NCBI GenBank assembly: GCA_051453625.1
Contig: JBOZIK010000001.1
Coordinates: forward strand, 4,114,123-4,143,813
DNA from: Welwitschia mirabilis
Lineage: Eukaryota
Direction: 5' to 3'
Length of the DNA: 29,691 bases
Each line of letters opens with the position of its first letter. Position 1 is the stretch's first letter. Of the stretch, positions 23,551 to 29,691 are shown in pieces. Both the position numbers and the translations under genes were made by a program. Below the pieces are notes generated by a model that was not told the origin of the DNA, ran no database searches, and saw nothing but the letters and a program-made list of their open reading frames with translations.

Positions 23551-23911
23551 AGCTAAATTTTTTGTAATAATTTACTTGTTAATAAAGTGTTTTTATTATT
23601 TCAATTAAGTATTTCCTTAGAAAATAGATGTTTTTATCTATCTTTATGCCTAGTAATAAATAAGTTAGTGTTTAGTATATTAGTAGATTGATGTATATAT
23701 TTTGTAATTGTATTTTAGTTGTAGGATGCTAAGCAGCGTAATGATGAGAGAGAAGGTTGAGGAGCAAATCAGCATAACAACCTCAACCACTTGCCTATTC
23801 CTAAGGAGCAAAGAATAGAAACTAAAAAACTGACTAGGGTATAAAAATGTAATCACCATCAAAGATAGGGATGCATAAGTTCTAGCAATAGATAAGGTAA
23901 AGAGGTTAAGT

Positions 23912-24011
23912 NNNNNNNNNNNNNNNNNNNNNNNNNNNNNNNNNNNNNNNNNNNNNNNNNNNNNNNNNNNNNNNNNNNNNNNNNNNNNNNNNNNNNNNNN
24001 NNNNNNNNNNN
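23912..24011. other. Assembly gap (exactly 100 N)
   Basis: Run of 100 N. Confidence 0.98.
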
Positions 24012-25003
24012 CATAGTATTAACTAAAAAGGAGAACACACTTATTATCTTATCTTTATGTATAATTATTATTTTAATATAAAAGATGAAAAGAATTGAAT
24101 ATCATTGTATGCATATTTTATTACTTAAAAAAGTAGTATTACTTCTAGGACACTCCTGTTTGTATAGCTGAATATAAACTAGAATAATTTTTGTGCTTAG
24201 AAATAAGTATTGATTAGTAGGTTACTTAACTTAGGTTATGTTTTATTTCTTTTTCTATTCCCTCTTGATGTATTATATGTACATAGTAGTTTGGTTTTAA
24301 TTAATAACATGACTATTTCAACTAACTTCATCACAAAGGTAATGATGAATTTTGAACTAAATGACTAAGTCTTAACTAGTTATTTAGTAAACGTTCATAT
24401 ATTTTTATATTAATGATATGTGCTTCTTTTATGTTAATAGTAGCATAATTTCTAGACCTTTCCAGCATTATTTATAGTTTCTGATAGTATTTTATAACAC
24501 TTTTTGCATTTATTTTATAACATAATCCACCCATAATTTTGCACTAGAAGGAGGGTTGCTCTAAAGTCAGCTAGCAATGATGACGTACAGTACTATGTAA
24601 CAAGATAGTCAAGAAAGATGATGAGATGAAAGAGGTAGGTATGTTAGAAATCCAAAGAAATATGATTTAAATGAACAAACTAAAGATATTATTAAATTAA
24701 AAATAGAAGAAAATGATTTTTGAAAGATAAAAAGGATGGTAAGAGACTAAACCTTTATTGAATTAATAGTGAATTTGAGCAATAAATGCATAGCATTCTA
24801 GCATCACCTAGATCATCAAGAGAGTCTTCTAAAAAAGTTCAACTCAAAGGCCTAAAAAGCAAGTAATAATAGGTTTTTATTGTGAAAATGATGGAGATTC
24901 AAGACCTTTAAATCATAATGGCCACTAGGTAAATAATTTAAGTCCTATCAACCCTATAGTTCTATAGTAGCTAGACAAAATAAGAAATATAAATATTACC
25001 ACA

Positions 25004-25650
25004 ATATCCACTTTTAAAGGAAAGAAGTTAGAAAAACCTCTATTACACTTGAGCTTATTTTATGCTTTTTACAAATCTAATTATCTTGATATAGAATCTG
25101 ACTATCTCAAATATTTTCCTTTTTCTCTAAAAGGGAATTCTTAATTATGGTATTATAGGAGCCCTAACCATGCTTTTAGTTCATGGAAAACTTTAAAAAT
25201 GCTTTTCTAGCTAAATTTTAACCTATGAGAATGGTTGAAGATTTAAGAGAGTAAATCTTGAATATTAAACATAGAGGTAATGAAAGGTCTAATAAGTTCA
25301 TAAATAGGTACAACATATTATTAGCCAAATGTCATAACCATGGAATCATAGTTAGGAAACAAGTCAGAGCCTTAATTAGAGGATTATAGAGTTAGACATT
25401 GAAGGACTTAGATTTCTTATGTAAAGGAAGAATTAAAACTAATAATGTTTAAGAAGTGAAAGAAGCCATTATGTAATTCTATAGTATGAGTTAAGAATAG
25501 GAAGAATAAAATAAGAAGAAGAAGAAAATAAGAAGAAGAAGAAAATAAATGAAGTATTTACCCTAGAACTATGGAAGAAGTAGCTAAAAAAGGAACTCAT
25601 AGTATGGTAGAAACGTTTAATAGGTTAGTTATACAACATTTTAAAACAGA
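25004..25650 (+). pseudogene. Ty3/gypsy (Athila-type) gag pseudogene, Retrotrans_gag-like domain
   Basis: ISTFKGKKLEKPLLHL...LKYFPFSLKGNS*LWYY...FSSWKTLK[fs]NAFLAKF*P...LRE*ILNIKH...RYNILLAKCHNHG...QVRALIRGL. Multiple stops. Interrupted by LTR A at 25659. Confidence 0.85.
25508..25548 (+). repeat. 17-bp tandem duplication (aaaataagaagaagaag x2.4)
   Basis: Directly visible. Confidence 0.85.
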
Positions 25651-25658
25651 ATAATAAC

Positions 25659-26887
25659 TGTTGTAATGTGAATTTATGTAATCCTAAAGTTCTTTAGTTA
25701 AATCTATAAATCAAATTACTTATAGAAAATCACATGCTAATATAGATGGGAGTTCATTTGAATGTCGTAATCCTGATGAAAGTACTAGGCTCAGAGTTAG
25801 AGAATTTTTTTAAAGGTATTTTAATATTATTATCTTTTAATAACTAAAAGTATATAACAAAGTAAATTGCAATGCAAAGTGAATAGAGATGAAATACAAG
25901 TGGAAGTAGAATGGATTCTACTGGATCCTAATTATCCTATCACAAGAACTAGCTTCTTTATAATTCAAATTAATTAATAAGAGTACTTTACTTATTCCTA
26001 ATCGATATGAGCTATGAGATATACAAAATAGAATATAAAATACAATGTGGAATAGAAATAAAATAAAGAATGTAAATATAAACTAACTAAATCAACTTTA
26101 ACAAAGTTTACCCTTATAATTTAAATAAATTATAGAATCATCACTTAAGCTCTAACTAACTTAAAACATAAGGGATATAAATAAAATTGGATTAAAAAAA
26201 GTAATTGTATTGATTTATAGAACTTTTCATCCACTTATGATAAAGTAGTAATACCTCAATAAAAGAGACTCAGCCTAACACGAAGGGAACTTCTCTCTGT
26301 AGCTACTAGATGGACCTCTTATTCTTTAATCTTTTATCACAAGCATATCAAGTATAAAAAATGGAAATAAAAATGAAGAAGGAAAATGGTATTTAAGGTT
26401 TTACATTGAAGTTCTAGAAGCTGAACCCTAGAACTCTGAAAAAAATGCTAATAGCCTAAATAGGTTACATGGTCCATTTACAAAGATAAATCTTTTCAAC
26501 CATAGAAAAAAAATATTATCCTGACTGTCATGGGGATGACATAGGAGATGTCACTTTACATTAAAAGGTATTTTATTAGCTTCAGGATCTGCTATCAGTC
26601 CCTTAGCTTTTGTTCATGGTAGTAGTGTTGTCATCCGATCTGTTATGAAAATGAAAAAGGGAACAACAGGATTCCTCATCTTCAATCTCAAAGGTTAATT
26701 AGTATTTAGCATAGTATGAAGTATCAAAATAAGCTTGAGAAGCCTATAAAATATGCTAAGAATTTCATATTTTAGTGATCAGCTTATTTTTTCTTCATAA
26801 TTATTATTGTTACATCTAAATCCATATAAGATTCCTACAAAGTACTCAAAATATACCATCAAATTCTTGCAAATTAGCATTGCAACA
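25659..26887 (-). mobile_element. Complete LTR, family A (3' LTR of a minus-strand element, about 1.23 kb)
   Basis: Termini tgttgta (25659) and tgcaaca (26881-26887). gaatgtcgtaat at 25760 is the rc of the conserved attacgacattc end motif. 26240-26340 matches 3090-3185. Confidence 0.85.
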
Positions 26888-27988
26888 TAGCCCTCTGCTT
26901 AGTCTTATCAGTCCCTAATAAAGTGAGTGATCAATTATAAGCCAATTTACATCACTTAGAAAAAATGTAAATTGAGTTTAACTTAATCATGTAAGAATAG
27001 ATATCAAAAACTAATTAAATAATATAATATGGAAATATTCCTAAGCCCCCTACTTAATCATGTCATCATAGAATAAGTGAATGTTATACATATCAAAAAA
27101 ATATAACATTGATAGCTCAGAAAATGATAATGTGTAAGCATAATACAAAACAGTGATAATGAGCTAATGTGATAGACTTAAGTAGTTCTAATTTCAAAAG
27201 AGTAATGCATTTAAGTTTATTAGTGTACTACATAAAGCAAAGAAATATAGCATTCTTTTAGATAATTTAAATCATAGCTACAAGAAAATTCTAAGATTGT
27301 GCTACCCCACTCCTACATAATAAAGTCCATGAATTTATTCTCTTTCTTTTCTTGAGATGAAATCTAATCCAAATAACTCATCATAAATATATAATATAAG
27401 ATATCAAAACATAATCCTTTTAATTTCAAAAATTTATGCTCAAAATCATAGAAATATGCTAAAAAAGAAGTGCTACCCTCAAAAGGTGAAATAAGTTATC
27501 CCAGGTTATACAAAATATAAAGGATAACTGTTATCCTAGCTGTTATGGGATAACAGATATGGGATAACAATGATCAAATAAGTTGTTTAGAGAGAAACGA
27601 CAAACTAGAAAAATTTCAAAAGCAACCAAACACATAAAAAATAGCATAAATAAGGTAGAAAGTAAAATACTAAAAAACATGTCCATGATGGAGAGGGACT
27701 CATGAAGGAAAGTGTGAAAATAGAATAAAATGCACTAAGTAAAAAGAAGAAATCTTCAGAGACTCTGCATATGTTCCTAAACTCATAGAAAAAGAATAAA
27801 TAGAACTCATTAGATTATGGGAAACTATCAAAAATAGAATAAGAATTCTCTATAGAAACTATGAAAACATATTAACAATAAACTATGAAATGATTAGATC
27901 CATAAGATTATGTTGAAAAAGTATGGGAAATAACTTTGAAAAAGTCCAACAAAATAGCTAAAGATAAACAAAATAAAAATGGATACCT

Positions 27989-28017
27989 NNNNNNNNNNNN
28001 NNNNNNNNNNNNNNNNN
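27989..28017. other. Assembly gap (29 N)
   Basis: Run of N. Confidence 0.98.
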
Positions 28018-28845
28018 CTAATTTTTAACCTAACAAATTCCCTTGGTAATAATCATAAAATTACTTAATGAAAGATGTATGATAGTATGTAAAAGTACCA
28101 CTCAAATAGGAAATGATTATGACAATGTCAAGTTTGTCTAATGTTATCAAATAATTAATGATAAGATAAAACGTTATTAAAATAGGAACTTACAAATACT
28201 AGAATCCAAAAAAGTAGAGTAATCATTTGAAAGTACTATAAATAAATAAATAGAATAAGTCTAGAAAATAAGCAATGCCTCTAATGACATCAAGGATACC
28301 ACTTATCTCATAGCCTTAAAGTAGAATTTGTTCTGCCATAATGAGGGAAGTACAACCATTGTCAGAGGAGTAAGGACCAGCACAGCGTGGTCACTTAATC
28401 CTCTAGTGAAGTTCTAATAGCTGTCATATCATACTACCAAAAGCTTCTCTCAGGATATTACCTTAGTGCACTTATGATAGGACATCATGGAAGCCATGTT
28501 TTGGGGATATAACATGAAATAGCATGGTTTTTATTTTATTTTTCTTGCTTTCTTTCTTTCCTATTTTTTTTTTAAGGATGAATTGCACACGATCAATTAT
28601 TTATAAGGATAAAAGTGAAGTAATAAGATGAGTAACAAAGTTAGAACATGAAAAAATAACTAATTAATTATAACATTGAAAGAGAACTAAAGAACCAAGG
28701 CATCTTCCTTCAAACTAAAGTTTATAGACATATAAATGTTTAAAGATTAGTTGAAGCTAATATTATCATTTAAAATACCCAAGTAAAATATTACTAATCA
28801 TGGAAACTTCATAAGTAAATACATAAGTCAATTTAAAGATATTCA

Positions 28846-29287
28846 NNNNNNNNNNNNNNNNNNNNNNNNNNNNNNNNNNNNNNNNNNNNNNNNNNNNNNN
28901 NNNNNNNNNNNNNNNNNNNNNNNNNNNNNNNNNNNNNNNNNNNNNNNNNNNNNNNNNNNNNNNNNNNNNNNNNNNNNNNNNNNNNNNNNNNNNNNNNNNN
29001 NNNNNNNNNNNNNNNNNNNNNNNNNNNNNNNNNNNNNNNNNNNNNNNNNNNNNNNNNNNNNNNNNNNNNNNNNNNNNNNNNNNNNNNNNNNNNNNNNNNN
29101 NNNNNNNNNNNNNNNNNNNNNNNNNNNNNNNNNNNNNNNNNNNNNNNNNNNNNNNNNNNNNNNNNNNNNNNNNNNNNNNNNNNNNNNNNNNNNNNNNNNN
29201 NNNNNNNNNNNNNNNNNNNNNNNNNNNNNNNNNNNNNNNNNNNNNNNNNNNNNNNNNNNNNNNNNNNNNNNNNNNNNNNNNNNNNNN
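28846..29287. other. Assembly gap (442 N)
   Basis: Run of N. Confidence 0.98.
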
Positions 29288-29691
29288 TTTACATCTAAGT
29301 CTACAAGGTTAAGTTGATGGATGAATTGATAAGGGTTATAGCATACATTAACTAACAAGACATAAACCTTTTTATACACAAGTTCATATGGTGAGAAGCC
29401 TAGAGAGGTATGTCAAGTAGTATAGTAAGCCTAAATAACATTATTAAGTTTAGAGAACCATGTTTTCTTATTGACAGATACTAATTTATAAAGCATCTTT
29501 TTGATTTCTTTATTTGCATTTTTAGCTTAGTTATTAGTTTGAGGATGATAGGCATATGCAATTCTATGTTTAATACCAATGGAAAAAAGAAGATTTTGAA
29601 AAAGGTGGTTAATGAAATGAGTTACCTAATTAGTAATTATAATTTGTAAAAAATCAAAATTTTGAAAGATATGAGTTTAAACAAAATTGCA

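Larger units (their letters stand above)
26888..29691 (-). mobile_element. PPT and 3' internal region of the minus-strand family A element
   Basis: rc of 26888-26925 (ctttattagggactgataagactaagcagagggcta) matches 1565-1600, and homology to 680-800 continues to about 27020. Extent beyond about 27100 is inferred only. Confidence 0.45.

Noticed and set aside
23715..23911. Possible exon after a ttgtag acceptor-like site
   Set aside because: Stops in the frames read, no recognisable protein motif, truncated by a gap.
27541..27570. Resemblance of gggataacag to the I-SceI site
   Set aside because: Only a partial match to the 18-bp site. No sign of engineered sequence.
28280..28500. GC-richer patch with ATGGCTTCC on the minus strand
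   Set aside because: The frame closes after about 15 codons and no family is recognisable.

Overview
AT-rich, strongly CpG-depleted plant-type heterochromatin from a gapped draft assembly (7 N-runs). I find no intact protein-coding gene, RNA gene or CRISPR array. The long ORFs in the track are N-run artefacts. The window is almost entirely a nest of decayed LTR retrotransposons. (1) Four pieces of one LTR family A with TGTTG(C/T)A...TGCAACA termini: 1601-2853 (+), 2854-3678 (-), 22864-22990 (+, CpG-rich and apparently young) and 25659-26887 (-). (2) The 3' part of a Sirevirus/SIRE-like copia element with an extra-ORF remnant, PPT and LTR (about 3700-8513). (3) Two related Athila-like elements, about 8514-13040 (+) and 15235-22763 (-). 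The second has clear gag and aspartic-protease remnants but no recognisable RT/RNaseH/integrase. (4) A Ty1/copia gag-pol relic split by an LTR of family B (13064-13585 and 14796-15234). (5) Another Athila-type gag pseudogene (about 25004-25650). The best candidates for something undescribed are a putative non-autonomous Athila-like lineage with a conserved, possibly coding segment where pol should be, and two inverted LTR pairs that could template hairpin RNA. All alignments were made by eye, and boundaries are approximate unless stated.
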